Below are positions 1 to 7,853 of a stretch of 38,516 nucleotides of DNA, piece by piece (within the stretch, counting starts at the first letter, position 1; each line of letters opens with the position of its first letter). A program made the position numbers and the translations under genes. The notes under the pieces are model-generated. The model was not told the origin of the DNA. It searched no databases and worked only from the letters and a program-made list of their open reading frames with translations. Origin of the DNA: Candidatus Yonathbacteria bacterium (GTDB taxonomy: Bacteria; Patescibacteriota; Minisyncoccia; Phycocordibacterales; UBA1550); the NCBI GenBank assembly GCA_016215205.1, contig JACRKU010000005.1:1-38516 (forward strand), given 5' to 3'.

Positions 1-140
1 TCTTCGTTCATATTCCTTGTTTTTAGAATATGAGTATACGTGGAAATGAATCCTTGGGTATTCTGGAACTTGTTGAAAATCCTCATTTTTGCCAGTTTTT
101 AGGCCAGAGAGAATTCTCATATGTATGTGAACTTATTCAA
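1..140 (-). repeat. 140-bp repeat, exact reverse complement of 38376-38515; probable end of a multi-copy element
   Basis: Base-by-base comparison. Identity stops at TTATTCAA|CCAG on the left and TTTA|TTGAATAA on the right. Confidence 0.9.
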
Positions 141-151
141 CCAGAAAAACC

Positions 152-213
152 GCGCATCCCATTTTGTCGCATTTGCTTGATACAGAAAGCAAATGCGACA
201 AATGGGGATGCGC
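152..213 (-). terminator. Long hairpin, probable intrinsic terminator after the nuclease gene
   Basis: 27-nt arms GCGCATCCCATTTTGTCGCATTTGCTT / AAGCAAATGCGACAAATGGGGATGCGC (2 mismatches), followed by a T-run on the minus strand. Confidence 0.65.
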
Positions 214-1097
214 TATCTTTTCATCACATACATATCCTGACTAAAACCCCCCACTCCGACAAATTCTACGGCGGAGTCGCCATTCAAAATAAATTCATAC
301 GGGCGGCAATTTATACACCCCCCCTCTTTGGTCACCACATCATACGCGCCTGCGGGGCAGATGAAAGTTTTTTCTGGGCCATCGCGTTTTGCAGTATCGC
401 GAGCGTCTTTGACCTTCATCGCGACAGCGAGCACATCTCGGCGCGCGGTGTCCGCGTTGGGTAATTCTTTTTCTATCATTTTGTCGCTTTCCAAATACCA
501 ATAACTCGCTTTGGTCACTTTGCGATTTTGAAGCGCGCTCACGAGGAGAATATAAATAGGGAGCTGGAGCGAGCCGTCTTTTTCTTCGTTCTTTCCGGTT
601 TTGAAATCCACGATGTGTAGCGAATTTGTTTCCGGCAAATATTCTATCCAGTCCACAAGTCCGTTTAAAATGATGTTGTGCTCTTCGCTCAAATAAAAAT
701 TGCATGGCATTTTGTCTTGCGGAAGCTTGATGCATTTGTTCACGAGGAAACGCGGGTCACTCATTACCTTTTCGAGCATTACCGTACCGCGCGCTTTGAA
801 CCCCATCTCCTCTTCATCATTTAAAAAGCCTCCCTTCTTTCCGGAAACTTTTTTCCACTCCGCTTCATAGAGCGCGAGTAGGTCTCTGTTCATACGCGAC
901 TCTGCGGGGAAATCCGCAAGCCCTTCGAGCACCTCGTGCACCGCGATACCAAGCGACATGTGCGGCGTGACGATAGAAACTTTATGCCCCGTCTTTGGGT
1001 CCTTGTACATATTGTGCAAGTAGTACGAGCGCGGGCACTTGATAAAGTCCCCAATCGACGAATGCGACACCCATACTGCGGTATATTTATCTGGCAT
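213..1097 (-). CDS. PD-(D/E)XK nuclease family protein (RecB/AddB/Cas4-like, stand-alone)
   Basis: SHSSI..FIKCPRSY, GxAVHEVLE, GLVDWI, IVDFKTG, QLPIY and a C-terminal C-x13-CxxC. Confidence 0.85.
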   Translation of the reverse strand: MPDKYTAVWVSHSSIGDFIKCPRSYYLHNMYKDPKTGHKVSIVTPHMSLGIAVHEVLEGLADFPAESRMNRDLLALYEAEWKKVSGKKGGFLNDEEEMGFKARGTVMLEKVMSDPRFLVNKCIKLPQDKMPCNFYLSEEHNIILNGLVDWIEYLPETNSLHIVDFKTGKNEEKDGSLQLPIYILLVSALQNRKVTKASYWYLESDKMIEKELPNADTARRDVLAVAMKVKDARDTAKRDGPEKTFICPAGAYDVVTKEGGCINCRPYEFILNGDSAVEFVGVGGFSQDMYVMKR

Positions 1098-1105
1098 GAT
1101 TATTT

Positions 1106-1363
1106 TTACTTATAAATACCGTGATCACCAATGGTATGAAAATGCACCGTTTTTTCATCCACAAGATCAAAAATTATTCGGTGTCGGTTGTCAATTGAAA
1201 AAGCCCAGAACCCCGCAAACTTCCCCTTGAGTTTGTGGGTTGCAAGAATTGGGTCTTTCCAATCTTTGCGAAACACTCGCTCTCTCTTTTCAGCAACCAA
1301 CTTCACCTCTTGTGAAAGTTTTTTATACTGTCGCGCAAAGTTTGGTGAATAGTAAATTTCCAT
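1106..1363 (-). CDS. Type II toxin, RelE/YafQ-like mRNA interferase
   Basis: 85 aa, YSPNFARQYKKL...HKLKG...WAFSI...RIIF...IGDHGIY; lies directly after a small RHH-like gene. Confidence 0.85.
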   Translation of the reverse strand: MEIYYSPNFARQYKKLSQEVKLVAEKRERVFRKDWKDPILATHKLKGKFAGFWAFSIDNRHRIIFDLVDEKTVHFHTIGDHGIYK

Positions 1364-1366
1364 GAC

Positions 1367-1582
1367 TTAGCGCAAATCTTTCAAGGAATGGAGTTTCTTT
1401 CCTTTGCTAGACTTAAACTCAAAACGGCTTTGCCCTAAGTCACGCAAAAGCATATTTTCTTTGCGTTCTCGTATGACTGCTCGGAAAAATTCACTTACCG
1501 AAGCGTATCCGCCGGTTTTTACTTCATTCTCCACTTCTTTTTTCACACTTGCGGGAACTGAAATGTTGATGATTGTTCTCAT
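1367..1582 (-). CDS. Ribbon-helix-helix antitoxin
   Basis: 71 aa, MRTIINISVP...GGYASVSEFFRAVIRE (beta strand plus two helices); 3 nt upstream of the toxin. Confidence 0.8.
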   Translation of the reverse strand: MRTIINISVPASVKKEVENEVKTGGYASVSEFFRAVIRERKENMLLRDLGQSRFEFKSSKGKKLHSLKDLR

Positions 1583-1588
1583 AATTTA

Positions 1589-1617
1589 ACTGTAACAAAG
1601 TGTATTACAGAAGTCAA
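1589..1617 (-). promoter_or_regulatory. Sigma70-type promoter of the TA operon with an overlapping inverted repeat (putative operator)
   Basis: TTGACT-17 nt-TACAGT, 6 nt before the ATG; CTGTAA-N9-TTACAG at 1590-1610. Confidence 0.65.
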
Positions 1618-1637
1618 TACATAACATAATATGGCGC

Positions 1638-3290
1638 CTATCTCCCTTTTCCGCGCGCAATGGCGGCCTTGATAAAAGCGTTAAAAATTGGGTGTGGGTC
1701 GAGAGGTCGCGCTTCAAACTCGGGATGAAACTGTGTACCCAAAAAGAACGGGTGCACGCTCGTAGGTAGCTCGGCGATTTCCATAAGCCTGCCATCTGGT
1801 GACATGCCAGAAAACACAAGACCTTTCTCCTCGAGTGCTCCAACATACTCTGGGTTCACTTCAAATCGGTGGCGATGACGCTCCACAACTGAATCTTTTC
1901 CATACGCCCTTTGCGCAATGGTCCCCTTTTTAAGCACTGCTTCATACGCGCCAAGGCGCATACTCCCCCCAAGGTTTCCCTTCTCCATATTTTCTTTTTG
2001 CCCCTCCATAATATCCACGATGAGGTGCTTTGACTTCGAATCAATCTCGCGCGAGGTTGCGTCTTTGAAACCAAGAACATTCCTCGCATACTCAATTACG
2101 GCAAGTTGCATGCCGTAGCAAATGCCAAAATACGGAATCTTGTGTTCGCGCGCAAAACGAATAACATTGAGCTTGCCCTCTACGCCGCGCGAGCCGAAAC
2201 CGCCGGGCACGAGAATACCATCAAAACCAATGAGCTCCGCGAGCGGTGCATCCTTACCTTCAAACGTCGTAGCGCTGAGCCACACGAGCTTTGCTTTTTT
2301 CCCTTGGTGGATTGCCGAATACTTGAGCGCTTCAATAACGGAGAGATACGAATCCGCAAGGACATAATCGCCCGTATCAAAATATTTTCCCACTATCGCA
2401 ATACGAACTTCGTCTTTTACATTGCCAGCCTTGCGCGCAAACGCTTTCCATTCTTTCCATTCCGCGCTTTCCCCTCGTGACTTTAGCTTCAGACGTTTTA
2501 AGATTTTTTCTCCGAGTTTGTCCTTTTCGAAATTGCCCGGAACATCGTAAATACTATCAACATCGGGTGCGGAAATGACGCTCTCTGGAATGACATTGCA
2601 AAAAAGCGCGAGTTTTTCTTTGCGCTTTGCGTCTAGTGCCACATCACTACGCGCGATAATAAAATCTGGCTGAATCCCCGTGCTATTTAGGGCTCGCACC
2701 GCGTGCTGTGTCGGCTTTGTTTTCATTTCTCCGACTTTTGACGGCGTGGGAAGGTAGCTCACAATGGCAAAAAGCACATCATCTGGATTTTTTATTTTGA
2801 GCATTCTCGCCGTCTCGAGAAAAAGAATGTTCTCGTACTCGCCAACGGTACCGCCGACCTCGATGACTACAATCTCGGCGTTCGCCTTGTCCACCGCGTT
2901 GTTGATGCGATCAATGACCTCGTACGGAATATGCGGCACCACCTGTACGCACTTGCCTTTATACGCGAGCGCGCGTTCTTTTTGAATAACAGACAAATAC
3001 ACGCGTCCTGTCGTCATATAGTTGTCACGAGTAAGCGAGGTGTCGAGAAAGCGCTCGTAGTTGCCCATATCCTGATCTGTTTCGTCGCCGTCTTTGAGCA
3101 CAAACACTTCGCCGTGCTCGGTTGGGTTCATCGTGCCAGCGTCCACATTCACATACGGGTCAATCTTCATCGCTGTCACACGGTAACCGTGCGACTGCAA
3201 GATTTTTCCGATAGAAGAAGTCGTGATACCCTTGCCGACTCCGGAAATCACGCCGCCCACCACAAAAATATACTTGCGAATCTTCTTCAT
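1638..3290 (-). CDS. pyrG: CTP synthase
   Basis: GGVISGVGKG, KIDPYVNVDAGTMNPTEHGEVFV, KTKPTQH, GICYGMQ, TQFHPE. Confidence 0.98.
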   Translation of the reverse strand: MKKIRKYIFVVGGVISGVGKGITTSSIGKILQSHGYRVTAMKIDPYVNVDAGTMNPTEHGEVFVLKDGDETDQDMGNYERFLDTSLTRDNYMTTGRVYLSVIQKERALAYKGKCVQVVPHIPYEVIDRINNAVDKANAEIVVIEVGGTVGEYENILFLETARMLKIKNPDDVLFAIVSYLPTPSKVGEMKTKPTQHAVRALNSTGIQPDFIIARSDVALDAKRKEKLALFCNVIPESVISAPDVDSIYDVPGNFEKDKLGEKILKRLKLKSRGESAEWKEWKAFARKAGNVKDEVRIAIVGKYFDTGDYVLADSYLSVIEALKYSAIHQGKKAKLVWLSATTFEGKDAPLAELIGFDGILVPGGFGSRGVEGKLNVIRFAREHKIPYFGICYGMQLAVIEYARNVLGFKDATSREIDSKSKHLIVDIMEGQKENMEKGNLGGSMRLGAYEAVLKKGTIAQRAYGKDSVVERHRHRFEVNPEYVGALEEKGLVFSGMSPDGRLMEIAELPTSVHPFFLGTQFHPEFEARPLDPHPIFNAFIKAAIARGKGR

Positions 3291-3291
3291 G

Positions 3292-4224
3292 TTACTTTGA
3301 AGTCAAGTACTTACGTACCGCTAAATAGCTCGATACTGCCCCAAGTGCGATGCCCGACGAAACAATAATTAGGAAAATCTGTACAAAATTTGCGACGAAG
3401 TAGTGCAATAAATCGACTCCGCCATAAAAAACTTGAGTGGTATTTTTAAGCCAGTAGGTAATCGGGTAAAAAAGAATGAGAGTTAGGAACGACGCCACGA
3501 GGCCGTAAAGAATCCCCTCAACCACAAATGGTCCGCGAATATATTCTTTGCTACCGCCAACGAGACGCATTACTCCAATCTCGTCGCGCGCGATAAAAAT
3601 GGCGAGACGGATTGTGTTGAAAGTAATTAAAATGGAAATGCCGACCATTACCGCGGTGATGATACCGCCGAGTTTTTTGACTCCGACGATAAGTTTTGAA
3701 AGACGCTCAATGGCGGCTTTATTGTCGTTGTAGTTTACCTTGCTTACGATGGAGATAGCGCTTCCGGCTGAAAGCTCGGACTTGTTTAAAAGAAAGTTTG
3801 AGATGCCTTCGTACTGTGAAGGCTCGCGCGCTTTCACGGTGAGGGTAGCTGGGAGCGGATTGTCCCCTATTTCATCGAGAGCTTGAGTGATACGATGGTC
3901 GTTTTCGTGGCGAGAGCGAAACTCATCAAGTGCCCGTTCGCGCGAGATGTACTCAACTGTTTTTACTTCGGGCAAAGTCTCAAGCTGTTTTTTCAAGTCC
4001 ATAATTGCGGATTCAGTGGCTTTTGCGTCTACATAAATATTGATGTCAATTTTATCTTGAAGGTCTTTGAGCGCCGTGCCGAGAAACGCCGTAATGATAA
4101 GTGTTGAAGCAATCATAAAGAGCGCAACGATCATCACAAAAACGGCAGAAAGCGAAACGCTGCCGTTTCGCCAAAAACTGACGAATCCTGCTTTTATAAT
4201 TCTTTTAATGGTTGTCCAGAGCAT
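3292..4224 (-). CDS. ftsX: Cell division permease FtsX
   Basis: TM, extracytoplasmic domain, NPLPA, NTIRLAI, EIGVMRLVG, IRGPFVVEG; follows ftsE. Start placed at MLWTT. Confidence 0.92.
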   Translation of the reverse strand: MLWTTIKRIIKAGFVSFWRNGSVSLSAVFVMIVALFMIASTLIITAFLGTALKDLQDKIDINIYVDAKATESAIMDLKKQLETLPEVKTVEYISRERALDEFRSRHENDHRITQALDEIGDNPLPATLTVKAREPSQYEGISNFLLNKSELSAGSAISIVSKVNYNDNKAAIERLSKLIVGVKKLGGIITAVMVGISILITFNTIRLAIFIARDEIGVMRLVGGSKEYIRGPFVVEGILYGLVASFLTLILFYPITYWLKNTTQVFYGGVDLLHYFVANFVQIFLIIVSSGIALGAVSSYLAVRKYLTSK

Positions 4225-4274
4225 GATGTTATTTGTATTGTAGCATACCACCTACGCGTTCTGCCAATTTTCAC

Positions 4275-4398
4275 AAAACTTCAAAATTTAGATGAAGCTC
4301 AAGGCAAAACCGCGCGTTTCGCCTGAGGTGTACGAACATGTACTCCGAGGAAGAAACGCGTGGTTTTAACGCAGAGATTCGCTAAATTTGGAAGTTTT
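4275..4398. repeat. Nested palindromic (REP/MITE-like) element between ftsE and ftsX
   Basis: Outer arms AAAACTTCAAAATTTAG / CTAAATTTGGAAGTTTT, inner arms AAAACCGCGCGTTTC / GAAACGCGTGGTTTT, core GTAC-N6-GTAC. Confidence 0.7.
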
Positions 4399-5077
4399 AC
4401 AACGCGTATTTGCCTGTAGAGTCATCACGAATAATCTTCCCATGATCCATCGTAATAACACGCTTGCCGAGCGCCTCCACAACCCCTTTGTTATGTGTGG
4501 TCAAAATAACCGTCGTCCCCATATCATTGATTTTCTTCAAAATTTGGACGATTTCGTAGGTGTTAATCGGGTCAAGGTTTCCCGTTGGTTCGTCGGCGAT
4601 AATGAGGTCCGGGTGGTTCACAATAGCGCGCGCGATGGCAACACGCTGGAGCTCACCGCCACTAAGCTGCCGCGGGAAATTCCACATTTTTTGAGAAAGA
4701 TCGACGAGTTCGAGCACATGCGGCACGTCGGAAGCGATTTCTTCTTCTGTTTTTCCGGCGACCTCCATGGCAAACGCCACATTTTCGTATGCAGTCTTGT
4801 TTGGAAGAAGACGGAAGTCTTGAAAAATAATACCGATGCGGCGGCGAAGCTCCGGCATGTCATGCGCTTTCACTTTTTGGATATCAACAGAGTCAAAAGA
4901 CACACTGCCATCCGTGGCAGAATCCTCCCCCAGGAGAAGTTTTACCAATGTGGTCTTTCCTGCACCTGAGTGTCCGACAATAGACACAAATTCTCCCTGC
5001 TTTACAGAAAGTGTTACACCATTCAAAGCTACAGTGCCGTCGGGATAGGATTTTGAAACATTGTCGAAGTAAATCAT
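4397..5077 (-). CDS. ftsE: Cell division ATP-binding protein FtsE
   Basis: [47 protein letters not shown]. Confidence 0.95.
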   Translation of the reverse strand: MIYFDNVSKSYPDGTVALNGVTLSVKQGEFVSIVGHSGAGKTTLVKLLLGEDSATDGSVSFDSVDIQKVKAHDMPELRRRIGIIFQDFRLLPNKTAYENVAFAMEVAGKTEEEIASDVPHVLELVDLSQKMWNFPRQLSGGELQRVAIARAIVNHPDLIIADEPTGNLDPINTYEIVQILKKINDMGTTVILTTHNKGVVEALGKRVITMDHGKIIRDDSTGKYAL

Positions 5078-5120
5078 TCTCCTACTTTAACAAATTTTTA
5101 TACATCTGGGAAATCTTTCA

Positions 5121-6005
5121 TCAAAGATTCTTTTCCGCTTCAATGAACGGCATTATTTCGCCATCTTCGAGTACGGCGTCCACATTACTCGTCTCGACAC
5201 CCGTGCGGTGATCCTTTACCATTTTGTACGGATGAATGACATACGAGCGAATCTGGTTCCCCCATTCTATCTCGGTCGTCTTCGAGATATACATTCCGCT
5301 CTCTGCGGCTTTTCTTTCTTCGTCCTGCTTCTTAAAAAGTTTGCCTTTCAAAATTTGCACCGCTTTTTTGCGGTTTTGTTCTTGTGAACGCTCGGTCTCC
5401 ACATGCACGGCAATCCCCGCGGGGATATGCACCACGCGCACGGCGGTCTCCCTCTTGTTCACGTTTTGACCGCCGGGACCGGATGAACGGCTAAACTCAA
5501 CCCTGATGTCGTCCGCGGGAATAACGATTTCATCATTTGCGCCATCTTTGAAATCCGGAATAATTTCCACCATTGAAAACGAAGTATGGCGAAGTTTTTT
5601 TGCATTGAATGGAGAAATGCGCACAAGGCGATGCACCCCGGACTCATTTTTGAGCATGCCGTACGCATTCTTGCCGTGAATCTCGACAGTGATGTTCCTA
5701 TAGCCGCCGTGGTCATTTTTATTTTCGTGGAGAAGCTTCGTTTCAAAATTCTGTTTTTCAAAAAACTTGAGGTACATAGTGAGAAGCATGCTCGAAAAAT
5801 CCTCAGCATCGTCGCCGCCCGCTCCGGAGAAAATGGTCATCACTGCATTACCGCGATCATACTTGCCCACACCGGCAATTTTTTCTTTGAGGTCGGCAAT
5901 TTCTTTTATGACCGCCTGCGCATGTATTTTGTCAGACCAAAAGTCGCCAGAGACCATCTCGGCTTCAAGCTCTGTGATTTTTGCGTGCATTTCTTCTTTT
6001 GTCAT
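5121..6005 (-). CDS. prfB: Peptide chain release factor 2, shortened N-terminal domain
   Basis: GVHRLVRISPF (RF2 SPF motif), RHTSF, GPGGQNVNK, WGNQIRSY. Confidence 0.92.
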   Translation of the reverse strand: MTKEEMHAKITELEAEMVSGDFWSDKIHAQAVIKEIADLKEKIAGVGKYDRGNAVMTIFSGAGGDDAEDFSSMLLTMYLKFFEKQNFETKLLHENKNDHGGYRNITVEIHGKNAYGMLKNESGVHRLVRISPFNAKKLRHTSFSMVEIIPDFKDGANDEIVIPADDIRVEFSRSSGPGGQNVNKRETAVRVVHIPAGIAVHVETERSQEQNRKKAVQILKGKLFKKQDEERKAAESGMYISKTTEIEWGNQIRSYVIHPYKMVKDHRTGVETSNVDAVLEDGEIMPFIEAEKNL

Positions 6006-6018
6006 TTTGGTCAGTATA

Positions 6019-6048
6019 ACAAAAATACCGCGTCCGCGGTATTTTTGT
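6019..6048. terminator. Bidirectional-type terminator after tRNA-Thr(CGT)
   Basis: ACAAAAATACCGCG-TC-CGCGGTATTTTTGT, perfect 14-bp arms. Confidence 0.75.
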
Positions 6049-6054
6049 AAGTTG

Positions 6055-6127
6055 AGCCAACCCCGGGAATTGAACCCGGAACCTACGGTTTACGATACCG
6101 TTGCTCTACCAGTTGAGCTAGGTCGGC
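6055..6127 (-). tRNA. tRNA-Thr(CGT)
   Basis: Acceptor GCCGACC/GGTTGGC, anticodon arm ACGGT-AT-CGT-AA-ACCGT, T loop TTCAATT; CCA not encoded. Confidence 0.93.
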
Positions 6128-6585
6128 TTGTATTTTCTTTGGTAGGGGACAAATAAACGTGCTTCTACTGCCCTTTTACTGCCTGCACGACTATTTCTTC
6201 CTTTTCCCTTATTTAGTGCTGCGTATGTTGATGAAAGTGCATCACAATTTGGGCAAACAAGTCTCAAATTACTTTCCTTGTTATTGCGCCAGTTGCCGTC
6301 AATATGATCAGCGACTAAGGGAACTTGCCCAGTCACAATGTTCACATTAGACCACGAACATAGAACGCACTTATTGCTGTACTTCTCACGCAGGTACCTT
6401 TTAACATGCGTTGAAACTGTACCAAGGCGAGACAATCCACTCTGCCTACCTTCCTTCCAGTTTATAATATACGATTCGTGCTGGTACGCAAGCTGGCAGA
6501 CATTACTGCAATATTTGTATCCTGCGCGAGCTGGCTCCTTCCCGCAGTTTAAACATCTACCATTTAATTTTTTTGCCTTAGGCAC
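6118..6585 (-). CDS. Free-standing HNH endonuclease with zinc-finger motifs
   Basis: CLNC, YCSNVC, CVLC, DHIDGNWRNNKESNLRLVCPNCD; GTG start 6 nt after TATAAT; the stop codon lies inside tRNA-Thr(CGT). Confidence 0.88.
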   Translation of the reverse strand: MPKAKKLNGRCLNCGKEPARAGYKYCSNVCQLAYQHESYIINWKEGRQSGLSRLGTVSTHVKRYLREKYSNKCVLCSWSNVNIVTGQVPLVADHIDGNWRNNKESNLRLVCPNCDALSSTYAALNKGKGRNSRAGSKRAVEARLFVPYQRKYKPT

Positions 6586-6653
6586 GTTTCAATTATATAT
6601 TGAATGCAGACCTAAATCAAATCTAAAAGTGGTCGTTCTTTAACCAACACTTG

Positions 6654-6726
6654 AGCCGATGTCCGGGATTGAACCGGAGACCTCGTCCTTACCAAGGACG
6701 CACTCTACCAACTGAGCTACATCGGC
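6654..6726 (-). tRNA. tRNA-Thr(GGT)
   Basis: Acceptor GCCGATG/CATCGGC, anticodon arm CGTCC-TT-GGT-AA-GGACG. Confidence 0.95.
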
Positions 6727-6877
6727 TTATCTACATTGCTTACCTACCAAGACAGCTACATCGGCTTTAACGATATCTCGACACGATACACTATTTAATA
6801 CATTCTTTCAATACAAGTGAAGCAGTTCACTTGTATTGACCGCGCAAAATTAAAAGCCCTTTTGGGCTTTAATTTTG

Positions 6878-6952
6878 CGCGGTCGATGGGATTTGAACCC
6901 ACGATCTCTTCCGTGACAGGGAAGCGCTTTGGACCAGCTAAGCTACGACCGC
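6878..6952 (-). tRNA. tRNA-Asp(GTC)
   Basis: Acceptor GCGGTCG/CGACCGC with G73, anticodon arm CTTCC-CT-GTC-AC-GGAAG. Confidence 0.95.
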
Positions 6953-7629
6953 ATATTATTTAATTTATCATATTTCTCAAACACAACCTTCTTCCTTTCA
7001 AGAAAAATGCTGTCCTCAATATGGCTCCCATGATTATACATAAAATCGTATAATTTCAAAGTATCACATGTTCCAAATTGCAGACGATAACAATTCTCCT
7101 TTATTATATAAATTGAACCACCTCCAAAATCGTGCGTAGCGAGCCTTTCGAGAATACTCTCCAAAAATACTTTTGAGCATGAAGTGAGCGCTGCCTGAAT
7201 TGCAAAATGTCGTATTTTTCGCTTTTTGTGGGTTATCCCAGACCATACATTCCCATCCCCATCAAAATACCCACGTATGAAGTCGGAAAAATATTTCTTT
7301 GGAACATTCGGCACTGCCATGCTTTTTGTTTTTCGTTCCGAGAATCCAAGTCTTCTTAGGTCCTCGCACATTTCAATACTTCCTATTTGCAGACGATAGA
7401 GAGTACTTTCATTCTCTCTCATAATACGTGTGCTTATCTTATGTTCTGATTGAATAGCATTTCGTATTTGTTTAAGAAGTTTTTTGTCGGTAATTTGAAT
7501 GCACCAAAATTGTCCGCCGCGCTTATTAACGGTAATGTATCCGTCAGCAGCAAAGAAGCCGAGAACGTATGCCATTTCTGGCGACCATTTTTTAAAGAAA
7601 CTTTTATTTACTTTTTTAAGTACGGGCAC
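6943..7629 (-). CDS. Free-standing two-motif LAGLIDADG endonuclease
   Basis: AYVLGFFAADG and FIRGYFDGDG motifs; AT-rich; GTG start 6 nt after TATAAT; the stop codon lies inside tRNA-Asp. Confidence 0.88.
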   Translation of the reverse strand: MPVLKKVNKSFFKKWSPEMAYVLGFFAADGYITVNKRGGQFWCIQITDKKLLKQIRNAIQSEHKISTRIMRENESTLYRLQIGSIEMCEDLRRLGFSERKTKSMAVPNVPKKYFSDFIRGYFDGDGNVWSGITHKKRKIRHFAIQAALTSCSKVFLESILERLATHDFGGGSIYIIKENCYRLQFGTCDTLKLYDFMYNHGSHIEDSIFLERKKVVFEKYDKLNNMRS

Positions 7630-7688
7630 AAAAACATTATATCACGTGACAGGAGATTATACTAACCAAAAACTCCACATTCTAATAG

Positions 7689-7760
7689 TGCCGATGAGTG
7701 GAATCGAACCACTGTCTAGGGCTTATGAGTCCCTCGTTCTGACCATTGAACTACACCGGC
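7689..7760 (-). tRNA. tRNA-Met(CAT), probably elongator
   Basis: Acceptor GCCGGTG/CATCGGC, loop CTCATAA, paired G1-C72; A31-G39 mismatch. Confidence 0.85.
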
Positions 7761-7801
7761 TTTTAAAGCCAAATTTTTTACTAACTTAGTTTAACTCAAT
7801 T

Positions 7802-7852
7802 ACGATGATTACAAAAATGCCGACAATTGCCGGCATTTTTGTAATTTATCGT
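7802..7852. terminator. Hairpin/terminator after the initiator tRNA
   Basis: ATTACAAAAATGCCG ... CGGCATTTTTGTAAT arms with flanking ACGAT/ATCGT. Confidence 0.7.
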
Positions 7853-7853
7853 G

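Noticed and set aside
30-464. 144-aa plus-strand ORF
   Set aside because: It crosses the repeat boundary, a terminator and the antisense strand of the nuclease gene, and has no recognisable motif.
213-1097. Cas4 as part of a CRISPR-Cas system
   Set aside because: No other cas genes and no repeat-spacer array were seen in the window.
5121-6050. Programmed +1 frameshift in prfB
   Set aside because: Only a -10 box, a terminator and a tRNA lie upstream; there is no CTT-TGA site or short upstream ORF.
6118-7629. Endonucleases encoded within group I introns or inteins
   Set aside because: The flanking tRNAs are uninterrupted, the spacers are too short for a ribozyme core, and there are no extein or splice-junction motifs.
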